Shown here piece after piece: positions 1 to 8,231 of a stretch of 14,988 bases of DNA (its first letter is position 1; each line of letters opens with the position of its first letter). The position numbers and the translations under genes are program-made. This DNA comes from a bacterium (GTDB lineage Bacteria > Sysuimicrobiota > Sysuimicrobiia > Sysuimicrobiales > Kaftiobacteriaceae): positions 1 to 14,988 of the forward strand of contig JBIOWP010000121.1 in NCBI GenBank assembly GCA_044868695.1. Direction: 5' to 3'. The notes beneath the pieces are model-generated. The model ran no database searches. It worked only from the letters and a program-made list of their open reading frames with translations, and was not told where the DNA came from.

Positions 1-1279
1 GGTGCACGATCTCGAGCGCCTCACCACTCTTGATCAGCACCCCCGACTCGGCGCCGCGGCCGGTCCCGACCATGATCGCCGTCGGGGTAGCCAGCCCAAG
101 CGCACACGGGCACGCGATGATCAACACCGCAACGAACGTGACCAGACCGTAGGTGAGCGACGGCTCTGGCCCAAACACCAGCCAGGCCAGCAGCGTGGCG
201 ATGGCAATCCCGATGACCGCCGGCACGAACGAGCTGGCCACGCGGTCCGCCAGCCGCTGGATCGGCGCTTTGGACCCCTGCGCCTCCTGTACCAGGCGGA
301 TGATCTGCGCCAGCATCGTGTCTCGGCCGACCTTCGTCGCCTTGAAGGTAAACGCGCCGGTCTTATTCAGCGTGGCGCCGATGACCGGATCGCCGGGGCC
401 CTTGTCGACGGGGAGCGACTCACCCGTCACCATGGACTCGTCGAGGGCGGACCGTCCCTCATGGACGATCCCGTCCACAGGAACCTTCTCCCCGGGCCGG
501 ACCACCACCAGGTCGCCGATTGCGACGTCGCCGACCGGAATATCGGTCTCCGTCCCGCCCCGCCGGACGCGTGCGGTCTTCGGCGCCAGCCCCATGAGCC
601 TGCGGATCGCTTCCGACGTCAGGCCCTTCGCCCGCGCCTCCAGGAAGCGGCCGAGGAGAATCAGCACAATGATGATGGATGACGTCTCATAGAAGACCTG
701 CGGTTCAATCCCGCCCGCGCGAAACACCTGCGGGACGGCCGTGGCCACGAGGCTGTAGACGTACGCCGCGCTCGTGCCGACCGCGATCAGCGTGTTCATG
801 TCCGTGGTCCGATGCCTGGCCATCGCCCAGGCACCGCGGTAGAACTGCCAGCCGGCCCAGAACTGCACCGGCGTTGCCAGCAGCAGTTGGACGTACCAGT
901 TCATGAGGATGTGGGGGACCGGCACACCGTGGATGCCCATGTGGCCCAGGCTTCCCCACAGGATGGGAATGCTGAGCGCTGTCGCGGCGATTAATTTGAG
1001 TTGGAGAGCGGCGATGTCCCGGCGGCGCGCGGCCCGCTCGACGTCTTCCGCGGCTTCACCGGCCACCTCGAGGACGTCGTACCCGGCGTCGCGGACGGCC
1101 TTCTGCAGCTCCGCGAGGGGCGTCTGCTCCGTCATCTCGACGGTGGCGCGTTCCAACGCCAGATTGACCGAGGCGTCCAGCACGCCCTCCACAGAGCGGA
1201 GCGCGTGCTCCACCTTCGCGACGCAGGAGGCGCAGGACATCCCTTGGATCGAGATCTGCGTTCGGGCGGTGCCGGTCAT
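1..1279 (-). CDS. copA: Copper-translocating P1B-type ATPase, 3' end truncated by the window edge
   Basis: Translated by hand from ATG at 1279: [24 protein letters not shown] (one heavy-metal-binding domain), [53 protein letters not shown]. The frame stays open to the window edge. The start lies 1 nt after the csoR stop. Confidence 0.96.
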   Translation of the reverse strand, partial: MTGTARTQISIQGMSCASCVAKVEHALRSVEGVLDASVNLALERATVEMTEQTPLAELQKAVRDAGYDVLEVAGEAAEDVERAARRRDIAALQLKLIAATALSIPILWGSLGHMGIHGVPVPHILMNWYVQLLLATPVQFWAGWQFYRGAWAMARHRTTDMNTLIAVGTSAAYVYSLVATAVPQVFRAGGIEPQVFYETSSIIIVLILLGRFLEARAKGLTSEAIRRLMGLAPKTARVRRGGTETDIPVGDVAIGDLVVVRPGEKVPVDGIVHEGRSALDESMVTGESLPVDKGPGDPVIGATLNKTGAFTFKATKVGRDTMLAQIIRLVQEAQGSKAPIQRLADRVASSFVPAVIGIAIATLLAWLVFGPEPSLTYGLVTFVAVLIIACPCALGLATPTAIMVGTGRGAESGVLIKSGEALEIVH

Positions 1280-1280
1280 C

Positions 1281-1589
1281 TTACAAGCGACCTGACATCT
1301 CAAAGACATCCAGGAGCTCTCGGATGGTCCGCTCCCGCTCGCGCTGGTCGTCCGCTCGGATCGCGGTGCTCGCGCACGTCTCGAGATGATCCTCCAGCAC
1401 CAGCGCGTTGACCTTTTCCAGCGCACGCTGGATGGCGAGGGTCTGCTTGATGACGTCGATACAGTAAGCGCCGTCTTCGACCATGCGGATGACCCCGCGC
1501 ACATGTCCCTCGATGCTGCGCAGGCGGGCCGCCGCCTTGGTGCGCACCGCTGCGCTGCCGTGGGCGAGCTGCGAGCCGTGAACTGCCAT
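1281..1589 (-). CDS. csoR: CsoR/RcnR-family metal-sensing repressor (102 aa)
   Basis: [17 protein letters not shown]...YCIDV...HLETC gives the Cys-His-Cys ligand set. GGAGG RBS 6 nt before ATG 1589, preferred over the track start at 1661. Directly upstream of copA. Confidence 0.93.
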   Translation of the reverse strand: MAVHGSQLAHGSAAVRTKAAARLRSIEGHVRGVIRMVEDGAYCIDVIKQTLAIQRALEKVNALVLEDHLETCASTAIRADDQRERERTIRELLDVFEMSGRL

Positions 1590-1602
1590 GGAGAACCTCC
1601 CC

Positions 1603-1624
1603 CCACCCCCATGGGGAGGGGTGG
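1603..1624. promoter_or_regulatory. Putative CsoR operator (C-tract/G-tract dyad)
   Basis: CCACCCC-catgggga-GGGGTGG inverted repeat containing the perfect palindrome CCCCATGGGG (1607-1616), between the predicted -10 and the csoR RBS. CsoR operators are typically G/C-tract dyads. Confidence 0.6.
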
Positions 1625-1632
1625 CCTCTCCC

Positions 1633-1661
1633 AGGCTACCACGGGAGGAGCCGTCCGGCAA
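1633..1661 (-). promoter_or_regulatory. Sigma70-type promoter for csoR-copA
   Basis: Minus strand TTGCCG (1661-1656), 17 nt, TAGCCT (1638-1633), with an extended -10 TG. Confidence 0.6.
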
Positions 1662-1706
1662 GGGGGAGGACTGTCGGATCTCGCAGGAGGACCACAGGTT
1701 CCCTCC

Positions 1707-1771
1707 AAAAAAGAGCCAGCGGCTGCCGCCGAGTGGTCGATGCGACCTCTCGGCCGGCGCAGCCGCCGACT
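1707..1771 (-). terminator. Intrinsic terminator
   Basis: AGTCGGCGGCTGC (1771-1759) pairs with GCAGCCGCTGGCT (1726-1714); inner stems GCCGAG/CTCGGC and GGTCG/CGACC; followed by C-TTTTTT (1713-1707). Confidence 0.75.
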
Positions 1772-1860
1772 GCCGCTCTAGAGGAGCCGGTAGCCTTGCA
1801 CCGGGCGCGGGGTCTATCTGTCTTCGACTGCGCCAGGCGTTGCCCGGTCCTCTTCGAACG
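1707..1860 (-). ncRNA. Unassigned structured RNA (sRNA or riboswitch-like leader), ~155 nt
   Basis: Bounded by a near-consensus promoter and a hairpin plus U6 terminator, with no credible ORF inside. A long imperfect 5' hairpin (1860-1774) precedes the terminator hairpin (1771-1714). I cannot match it to a family I recognise. Confidence 0.6.
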
Positions 1861-1867
1861 GAACGCG

Positions 1868-1897
1868 ACTATAGCACGGTCATGACGGCACTGTCAA
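1868..1897 (-). promoter_or_regulatory. Near-consensus sigma70 promoter
   Basis: Minus strand TTGACA (1897-1892), 18 nt, TATAGT (1873-1868), with an extended -10 TG (TGcTATAGT). Confidence 0.75.
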
Positions 1898-1933
1898 GGA
1901 AAGGTCTATGGAGATTGCGGTGACGGGCATCTC

Positions 1934-2617
1934 ATGAATGTGGGGCGCGCGGGGCGGTGGATCGTCGCGGTCGGTGCAGCATTGGTCCTGGCGTGGCCTG
2001 CCGGGGCGGCGCCGGCCCGCCCGACCCAGTCCGTACCCACGGTCGAACAGCTGCGTCAGTTCCTGCAGAGTGTCACCATCCACATTGACATCGAGCTGCC
2101 CGACCGCCGCGGCGTATGCACCGGGTGGATTGGGTGGAGCGAACCCGCCCGGAGCGCCGTCTACACCGCGGCCCACTGCTACCAGCCCAATGCCACGTAC
2201 CGGATGAAAGCCGGAGGGGGCGATCCGGTCGTGTCGACCGGGTTCGCCAAGTGGGATGCCCTGGACTTGATGGTTCTGTGGATCCCGCGGGGCCAGCTTC
2301 CCGTGCTCCGGTCATGGAAGCAGATCCCCACCACCCCATTCCGGGCGATGTACATGCTGACCGAGCGGAGCAGCGGGACGCGGCTGGTTGAGGTGGACAT
2401 CCCGCGGGTGTACTCCGAGATCCGGTTCGAGAACCGCCCGGCCGCGGTCGCCCTGCCCCTGTATAGCTACCCCGGGACCAGCGGAGCGCCGGTCATCGAC
2501 CTGGCGGACGGGCTGCTCGTGGGCATGGTCGTGGGTTTCCTCGACGAACGTCCCGACATCGCGGCGGTCGTTCCGGCCCACTCGATCTACGGGGCCTTAA
2601 TCAGCGGGAATCGCTAG
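1934..2617 (+). CDS. Secreted trypsin-like (clan PA) serine protease, 227 aa
   Basis: Signal-peptide-like N-terminus (GRAGRWIVAVGAALVLAWPAGA); catalytic-triad motifs TAAHC, DLMVL, PGTSGAP. Confidence 0.85.
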   Translation: MNVGRAGRWIVAVGAALVLAWPAGAAPARPTQSVPTVEQLRQFLQSVTIHIDIELPDRRGVCTGWIGWSEPARSAVYTAAHCYQPNATYRMKAGGGDPVVSTGFAKWDALDLMVLWIPRGQLPVLRSWKQIPTTPFRAMYMLTERSSGTRLVEVDIPRVYSEIRFENRPAAVALPLYSYPGTSGAPVIDLADGLLVGMVVGFLDERPDIAAVVPAHSIYGALISGNR

Positions 2618-2650
2618 GCCCCGGCCCCGCGGCGCCGGCCGCCGGGGCCT
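2616..2650 (+). terminator. GC-rich hairpin after the protease stop, possible terminator
   Basis: AGGCCCCGGC (2616-2625) and GCCGGGGCCT (2641-2650) form a perfect 10-bp stem; no U-tract. Confidence 0.4.
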
Positions 2651-2676
2651 CCCCCTCCCGGGACATAAATTCCCTC

Positions 2677-2705
2677 TTGATTTGTGGCCGAAACCCCACA
2701 AAAAT
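2677..2705 (+). promoter_or_regulatory. Possible sigma70 promoter for groEL
   Basis: TTGATT (2677-2682), 17 nt, AAAAAT (2700-2705), in an AT-rich patch just upstream of CIRCE; the -10 match is weak. Confidence 0.35.
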
Positions 2706-2714
2706 AGTGAGAGG

Positions 2715-2741
2715 TTAGCAGTTAGACGCCGAGAGTGCTAA
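2715..2741 (+). promoter_or_regulatory. CIRCE element (HrcA operator)
   Basis: TTAGCAGTT-N9-GAGTGCTAA against consensus TTAGCACTC-N9-GAGTGCTAA (2 mismatches in the left arm), 56 nt upstream of groEL. Confidence 0.92.
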
Positions 2742-2797
2742 GCCCGCGGGCCCGCAGCCGTGGGCGGAGTATCTATCTCACAAGGAGGGGGTTCAGC

Positions 2798-4426
2798 ATG
2801 CCTGCAAAGATCCTGCTGTATGACGAGGAGGCGCGGCGCGCGCTGGAACGAGGGGTCGAGCGCGTGGCCAGCGCCGTGCGCGTGACGCTGGGACCCAAGG
2901 GGCGCAACGTCGTCCTTGAGAAGAAGTGGGGCTCGCCCACCATCACCAAGGACGGTGTCACGGTCGCCAAAGAGATCGAACTGGAAGATCCCAATGAGAA
3001 CATGGGAGCCCAGCTGGTCAAGGAAGTGGCCAGCAAGACCAACGACGCCGCCGGCGATGGCACGACCACCGCGACGGTGCTGGCGTGGGCCATCGTGCGC
3101 GAAGGGTTGCGGAACGTCGCGGCGGGATCCAACCCGATGCTCCTCAAGCGCGGCATCGACAACGCCGTCGCCGCCGTGGTGGACGAACTGAAGAAGATCT
3201 CCATCCCGGTGGAAGGCAAGCAGGACATCGGGCATGTCGCCGGGATCGCCGCCAACGACTCCGAGGTGGGCGATATCATCGCCGACGCGATGGAGAAAGT
3301 CGGCAAAGACGGCGTCATCACGATCGAGGAAGGCAAGGGCATCGACACGACGGTCGAAGTCGTGGAAGGGATGCAGTTCGACCGCGGGCACATCTCGCCC
3401 TACTTCATCACCGACCCCGATAAGATGGAGACCGTGCTCGAAGAGCCCTACATCCTGCTGACCGAAAAGAAGATCAGTGCGGCCAGAGACATCGTGCCGA
3501 TCATGGAGAAGGTGATCCGGTTCGGCAAACCGCTTGTCGTCATTTCCGAGGACGTGGAAGGCGAGGCGCTGGCGACGCTGGTCGTCAACAAACTGCGCGG
3601 GGTCCTGGCCAGTGTCGCCGTCAAAGCTCCAGGGTACGGCGATCGCCGCAAGGCGATGCTCCAGGACATGGCGGTGCTCACCGGCGGGAAAGTCCTCTCC
3701 GACGATATCGGCATCAAGTTCGAGTCGGTGGAGATCGACATGCTCGGCCGCGCCGAGAAGGTCAAGGTGGACAAGGACAACACAACCATCATCGGCGGCA
3801 AGGGGGACCGCAAGGACATTGCGGGCCGGATTGCCCAGATCAAGAAGGAGATCGAGGACACGACCAGCGACTACGATCGCGAGAAACTGCAGGAGCGTCT
3901 GGCCAAGCTCTCCGGCGGGGTCGCACAGATCAAGGTCGGCGCCGCCACCGAGACCGAGATGAAAGAGAAGAAGCACCGGTTCGAAGACGCGCTCAACGCG
4001 ACCAAGGCCGCGGTCGAGGAAGGAATCGTGCCCGGGGGCGGCACCTCGTACATCCGCGCCCTCCACGGTCTCGACAAGATCGAAGCCGAAACCGACGAGG
4101 CCATCGGCATCAACCTGGTACGCCGCGCGCTGGAAGAGCCGGCCAGGCAGCTGGCGGCGAACGCGGGCGTCGAGGGGAGCCTCATCGTCGAGCGGTTGAA
4201 GCGCGAAACCGGACGGACGGGGTACGACGTGGCGAAGGGCGAGTTTGCGGACATGATCAAGGCCGGGATTGTCGATCCGACCAAAGTCACCCGGCTGGCA
4301 CTCCAGAACGCCGCGTCGGTGGCCGGACTGCTGCTGACGACCGAGGCGCTTGTTGTCGAGAAGCGGGAGAAGAAGAAGGCGGCGGCGCCCATGCCCGGCG
4401 GTGGGATGCCCGAGGACGACTACTAA
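2798..4426 (+). CDS. groL: Chaperonin GroEL (542 aa)
   Basis: [74 protein letters not shown] before ATG 2798; the track start at 2735 lies inside CIRCE. Confidence 0.99.
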   Translation: MPAKILLYDEEARRALERGVERVASAVRVTLGPKGRNVVLEKKWGSPTITKDGVTVAKEIELEDPNENMGAQLVKEVASKTNDAAGDGTTTATVLAWAIVREGLRNVAAGSNPMLLKRGIDNAVAAVVDELKKISIPVEGKQDIGHVAGIAANDSEVGDIIADAMEKVGKDGVITIEEGKGIDTTVEVVEGMQFDRGHISPYFITDPDKMETVLEEPYILLTEKKISAARDIVPIMEKVIRFGKPLVVISEDVEGEALATLVVNKLRGVLASVAVKAPGYGDRRKAMLQDMAVLTGGKVLSDDIGIKFESVEIDMLGRAEKVKVDKDNTTIIGGKGDRKDIAGRIAQIKKEIEDTTSDYDREKLQERLAKLSGGVAQIKVGAATETEMKEKKHRFEDALNATKAAVEEGIVPGGGTSYIRALHGLDKIEAETDEAIGINLVRRALEEPARQLAANAGVEGSLIVERLKRETGRTGYDVAKGEFADMIKAGIVDPTKVTRLALQNAASVAGLLLTTEALVVEKREKKKAAAPMPGGGMPEDDY

Positions 4427-4429
4427 ACA

Positions 4430-4555
4430 ACGGAAACGGGAAACAGGAAACGGGAGACCTAACGCCATACGGCGGGTCGTCTGGACTTCGGGCGGCCCGC
4501 CGACCCTTTCCTCCACGGAGCCGGTTGCTTCCCGTTGCCCGTTTCCCGCTTCCGT
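4430..4555. repeat. 29-bp inverted repeat built from degenerate 7-bp units (GGGAAAC)
   Basis: ACGGAAACGGGAAACAGGAAACGGGAGAC (4430-4458) matches the reverse complement of 4527-4555, ACGGAAGCGGGAAACGGGCAACGGGAAGC, at 24/29 positions. Confidence 0.85.
4471..4510 (+). terminator. Probable groEL terminator hairpin
   Basis: GGCGGGTCGTCTG (4471-4483) pairs with CGGGCGGCCCGCC (4489-4501); the G-U pairs work only on the + strand; weak pyrimidine tail GACCCTTTCC. Confidence 0.65.
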
Positions 4556-4558
4556 CAG

Positions 4559-4714
4559 TCAGTGTCTGGCTTCCCTCGCCATCTTGAGAACGTCCTCGCG
4601 GGAAATGCTCTTCCCGTGGGCCGTTTTCATATGCTCCTGCGCCTTGCGCACCATCTCCTCGTCCGAGTCTGCGTGGATCACCTGACCGCACGTGCATGTA
4701 AAGTGCTTGTGCAT
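4559..4714 (-). CDS. DUF1059-like small predicted metal-binding protein (51 aa), not in the ORF track
   Basis: MHKHFTCTCGQVIHADSDEEMVRKAQEHMKTAHGKSISREDVLKMAREARH; the Cys pair, xEE helix and HxxxxH pattern fit DUF1059. GGAGGAG RBS; starts 15 nt after the ilvD stop. Confidence 0.85.
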   Translation of the reverse strand: MHKHFTCTCGQVIHADSDEEMVRKAQEHMKTAHGKSISREDVLKMAREARH

Positions 4715-4729
4715 GGTCTCTCCTCCCCC

Positions 4730-6403
4730 TCAACCCGTGACGGCTCCCATCGACGCTGACGACACCAGACGCGCGTACTTGGCCATGGCGCCTGCGGTGT
4801 AGCGCGGCGCCGGCGGCGTCCAGCGCGCCAGCCGGGCGCTTAATTCTTGACCGCTGAGCTCGACGTCGAGCCGGCGGGCCTCGACATCGATCGCGATGGC
4901 GTCCCCATCGCGCACGGCGGCAATCGGGCCACCCTTCGCGGCCTCTGGCGCGATGTGGGCCGCCATGAACCCGTGGGTGGCTCCCGAGAACCTGCCGTCC
5001 GTAATGAGCGCGACCGAGTCGCCGAGCCCTGCGCCGACCAAGGCCGCGGTCACGGCCAGCATCTCGCGCATGCCGGGGCCGCCCATCGGCCCCTCGTACC
5101 GGATGACCACAACGTCGCCGGGCCGGACCACGTCCCGCCGGACCGCGTCAAACGCATCTTCTTCGCTGTCGAACACGCGCGCCGGGCCACGGTGCTGCAG
5201 CCGTTCGTGGCCTGCGAGTTTCACCACACAGCCTTCAGGTGCGAGGTTCCCGCGCAGAATCGCGATACCTCCCCATTTCTTCAGCGGATTGCTCACCGGC
5301 CGCACGACCTCCTGCGCGGGAGTCTCCCTGGCGGCCGCCGCTTCATCGGCGATCGTGCGCCCGGTCACGGTGAGCGCGTCGCCGTGGAGCGCGCCCGCCT
5401 CAAGGAGCCGTTTGGCCAGCAGCCGCACTCCTCCGGCGCGATACAGATCGGCGGCCACGAACCGGCCACCGGGCTTCAAGTCGGCCAAAACCGGCGTGCG
5501 GGCGCTGACGCGGTCGAAATCGTCGATGGTGAGGTCGACACCGGCCTCCCGCGCCACGGCCAGGATGTGCAGCACCGCGTTCGTCGACCCGCCGGACGCG
5601 GCCACCGCCGCGATGGCATTTTCCAGCGCATGGCGCGTGATGATCTGCCGGGGCCTCAGCCCCGCGCGGATGACGTCCATGACAAGCCGCCCGGCGCCTT
5701 CCGCGGCCGGGGCCTTCTGCGGGTCCACAGCCGGGACATCGTTGACGCCCATCGGCGAGATCCCCATGATCTCAAAGGCCATCGCCATCGTGTTCGCGGT
5801 GAACTGCCCGCCGCACGCCCCGGGGCCCGGACACGCGGCCTCCTCCAGCCCCCGCAGCCTCTCCAGCGTCATCTTTCCGGCATGGTACGCTCCCACGGCC
5901 TCAAAGACATCCTGAATCGTCACGGCGCGCCCCTCAAACTCCCCGGGCAGGATTGACCCGCCGTAGATCATCAGCGACGGCAGGTCCAGCCGGGCCAGCG
6001 CCATAACCGTCCCGGGAATCGTCTTGTCACATCCGGAAATGGCGACGAGGCCATCGAGCAGGTACCCGCGCGCGACCAGCTCGATGGAGTCGGCGATGAT
6101 TTCCCGGCTGACCAGCGAGGTCCGCATCCCCTCAGTGCCCATCGAGATCCCGTCGGAGATGGCGATAGTGTTGAACTCCACCGGCGTCCCTCCGGCCGAC
6201 CGCACGCCGGCTTTGACTTTCTCAGACACGCCCCGCAGGTGGTAGTTGCAGGGCATCAACTCGATCCAGGTATTGGCGATGCCGATCAGGGGTTTGCGGA
6301 GATCCTCATCGGTGAACCCGATCGCCCGGAAGTACGAGCGCGCCGGAGCGCGGTCTGGACCATCCAGCATGCGGGAGCTGCGGGTGCGGAGACCCGTCGG
6401 CAT
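4730..6403 (-). CDS. ilvD: Dihydroxy-acid dehydratase
   Basis: [68 protein letters not shown]. Confidence 0.98.
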   Translation of the reverse strand: MPTGLRTRSSRMLDGPDRAPARSYFRAIGFTDEDLRKPLIGIANTWIELMPCNYHLRGVSEKVKAGVRSAGGTPVEFNTIAISDGISMGTEGMRTSLVSREIIADSIELVARGYLLDGLVAISGCDKTIPGTVMALARLDLPSLMIYGGSILPGEFEGRAVTIQDVFEAVGAYHAGKMTLERLRGLEEAACPGPGACGGQFTANTMAMAFEIMGISPMGVNDVPAVDPQKAPAAEGAGRLVMDVIRAGLRPRQIITRHALENAIAAVAASGGSTNAVLHILAVAREAGVDLTIDDFDRVSARTPVLADLKPGGRFVAADLYRAGGVRLLAKRLLEAGALHGDALTVTGRTIADEAAAARETPAQEVVRPVSNPLKKWGGIAILRGNLAPEGCVVKLAGHERLQHRGPARVFDSEEDAFDAVRRDVVRPGDVVVIRYEGPMGGPGMREMLAVTAALVGAGLGDSVALITDGRFSGATHGFMAAHIAPEAAKGGPIAAVRDGDAIAIDVEARRLDVELSGQELSARLARWTPPAPRYTAGAMAKYARLVSSASMGAVTG

Positions 6404-6444
6404 GGCCTCTCCTCCTGAAGATGCGTCTACAAAAGGGTCTGACC

Positions 6445-7554
6445 CTATTGAAGACCGCGTCGAGCGCCCCGGACGTCCGCCGTCGCCGCCGTCGCGGTCT
6501 CCGCGGATACCCGGTCTCCTACCTCGGTGGTTGACGCCGTGCCGCCGAGGTCGGGGGTCCGAATCCCGGCCGCCAGTACCCGGCCGACCGCCCCCTCCAC
6601 CGCCGCCGCGGCGTCGTCGCGGCCCAGGGAGTGGCGTAGCAGCATTGCCGCGCTCAGAATAGCCCCTACGGGGTTGGCGATGCCTCTCCCGGCGATGTCC
6701 GGCGCGGTCCCATGCACAGGTTCATACAGAAATGGAGGCCGATCCCCCAGGCTGGCCGACGGCAGGAGACCCAGCGACCCGACCACCGCGCCGGCCTCGT
6801 CGCTGAGGATGTCCCCAAACATGTTTTCAGTCACGATCACGTCGAACTGTGCCGGTGCCCGGACCAGCTGCATCGCGCACGTATCGACCAGCATGTGTTC
6901 CATGGTAACGTCGGGAAAGGCGCGCGCCTCTGCTTCGGCCGTCTCGCGCCACAGCCTCGAGGTTTCCAAAACGTTTGCCTTGTCCACCGATGTGACTTTG
7001 CGGCGCCGCCCTCTCGCCGCTGCGCAGGCGACGCGGACGACTCTCGCGATCTCCTCCCGTGAATACCGCAGGGTATCCACGGCGGCATCGCCGGTCCGTT
7101 CGTGGGGCCGGCCAAAGTACAGCCCACCGATGAGTTCGCGGACGATCAGCAAATCGGTACCCGCCGCGACCTCCGGCCGCAGCGGGGACGCGCTCCCGGC
7201 TGCGGGATCCAGCCGGACCGGGCGCAGGTTGGCAAACACGCCCAGAGCGGCCCGCAGCTGCAGGAGGCCCGCTTCCGGGCGCACCGGACCGGGGAGCCGG
7301 TCCCACTTGGGACCGCCGGCCGCGCCAAACAGCACGGCTTCGGACCTGCGGCATGCCTGCAGCGTGTCGGCGGGCAGGGGCACGCCGGCGGCATCGACCG
7401 CCGTCCCCCCGATCGGAAGCTCCGCGAATGCGAACTGGATGTGAAACCGGGCGGCTACTGCCTGAAGGACTTTGACGGCTTCCCGGATGACCTCGGGACC
7501 GATGCCATCGCCGGGGAGGAGCGCAACGCGAACCTCACCCGGCACGGCTATCAA
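6445..7554 (-). CDS. leuB: 3-isopropylmalate dehydrogenase
   Basis: [56 protein letters not shown]. Start uncertain: TTG 7554 or GTG 7545. Confidence 0.97.
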   Translation of the reverse strand: MIAVPGEVRVALLPGDGIGPEVIREAVKVLQAVAARFHIQFAFAELPIGGTAVDAAGVPLPADTLQACRRSEAVLFGAAGGPKWDRLPGPVRPEAGLLQLRAALGVFANLRPVRLDPAAGSASPLRPEVAAGTDLLIVRELIGGLYFGRPHERTGDAAVDTLRYSREEIARVVRVACAAARGRRRKVTSVDKANVLETSRLWRETAEAEARAFPDVTMEHMLVDTCAMQLVRAPAQFDVIVTENMFGDILSDEAGAVVGSLGLLPSASLGDRPPFLYEPVHGTAPDIAGRGIANPVGAILSAAMLLRHSLGRDDAAAAVEGAVGRVLAAGIRTPDLGGTASTTEVGDRVSAETATAATADVRGARRGLQ

Positions 7555-7687
7555 ACGAGTCCTGAATGCGCTCGATGACCCACTCCGTGTCGCCGCCCTC
7601 CTGGGACGGTTGGGACACCTGGCTCAACGTTTCCTTCAACACCCTCAGCAGATGTTCGGCGGGCTCACGCCCGGATGATGGTTCCAC
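7535..7687 (-). CDS. Hypothetical small protein (50 aa) between leuD and leuB, not in the ORF track
   Basis: GGGAGGGAG RBS 6 nt before GTG 7687; [50 protein letters not shown]; the stop overlaps the leuB start region; fills the leuD-leuB gap. Confidence 0.6.
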   Translation of the reverse strand: MEPSSGREPAEHLLRVLKETLSQVSQPSQEGGDTEWVIERIQDSFDSRAG

Positions 7688-7721
7688 TGCCGTCTCCCTC
7701 CCTACCCATGATCACGGCTGC

Positions 7722-8222
7722 TCATCGCCGGCGCGCAAGCTCCGCACGGACGTAGCCCACGATCCCGCCGGCGGCCAGCAGCTGCTGCATGAACTCCGGC
7801 ACCGGCGTCCCGTCGTAGACCTCGCCACGGGTATCGTTGCGAATCTTGCCGGACGCCAGATCCACCTCGAGTTCGTGCCCGGGCGCCACCCGACCGTGTG
7901 CCTCCCGGCACTCCACTACCGGCAGGCCGACATTGAACGCGTTGCGGTAGAAGATGCGGGCGAAGGATATCGCGACGATGCACGTCACGCCCGCCCCCTT
8001 GATGGCGATCGGCGCGTGCTCGCGCGAACTGCCCTGCCCGAAGTTCTCTCCCGCCACCAGCACGTCACCCGGCGTGATCCGCGCGCGCAGCGACGGATCG
8101 AGGTCTTCAAACACGTACTTCGCGAGCTCCGCCGGATCCGTCGTGACCAGGTACCGGGCCGGGATGATGACATCCGTGTCGATGTGATGTCCCAGGACGT
8201 GCGCCTTCCCCCGGATGGTCAT
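7722..8222 (-). CDS. leuD: 3-isopropylmalate dehydratase small subunit (short, type 2)
   Basis: IDTDVIIPARYL, GENFGQGSSREHA, SFARIFYRNAFNVGLP; 166 aa; operon context. Confidence 0.95.
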   Translation of the reverse strand: MTIRGKAHVLGHHIDTDVIIPARYLVTTDPAELAKYVFEDLDPSLRARITPGDVLVAGENFGQGSSREHAPIAIKGAGVTCIVAISFARIFYRNAFNVGLPVVECREAHGRVAPGHELEVDLASGKIRNDTRGEVYDGTPVPEFMQQLLAAGGIVGYVRAELARRR

Positions 8223-8231
8223 CGATCGCTC

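Noticed and set aside
2..682. 226-aa plus-strand ORF and other plus-strand ORFs up to 1411
   Set aside because: Antisense shadows of copA and csoR; the minus frame carries all the P1B-ATPase motifs.
1680..1860. 6S RNA, SRP RNA, or c-di-GMP, cobalamin, SAH or ZTP riboswitch identity for the orphan RNA
   Set aside because: Only fragmentary resemblances: no SRP helix-8 motif, no symmetric 6S rod with central bubble, and the conserved cores of those riboswitches are missing. A covariance-model search is needed to exclude them formally.
1874..1896. MerR/CueR-type operator in the promoter spacer (GTCATGAC, TGAC-N6-GTCA)
   Set aside because: The spacer is 18 bp rather than 19-20, the dyads are short, and no MerR-family gene is in the window.
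2738..4516. 592-aa ORF antisense to groEL
   Set aside because: Long antisense frames are an expected by-product of GC-rich codon bias; no recognisable motifs.
4430..4555. CRISPR array
   Set aside because: The units are 7-bp tandem repeats in inverted arms with no spacers, and there are no cas genes.
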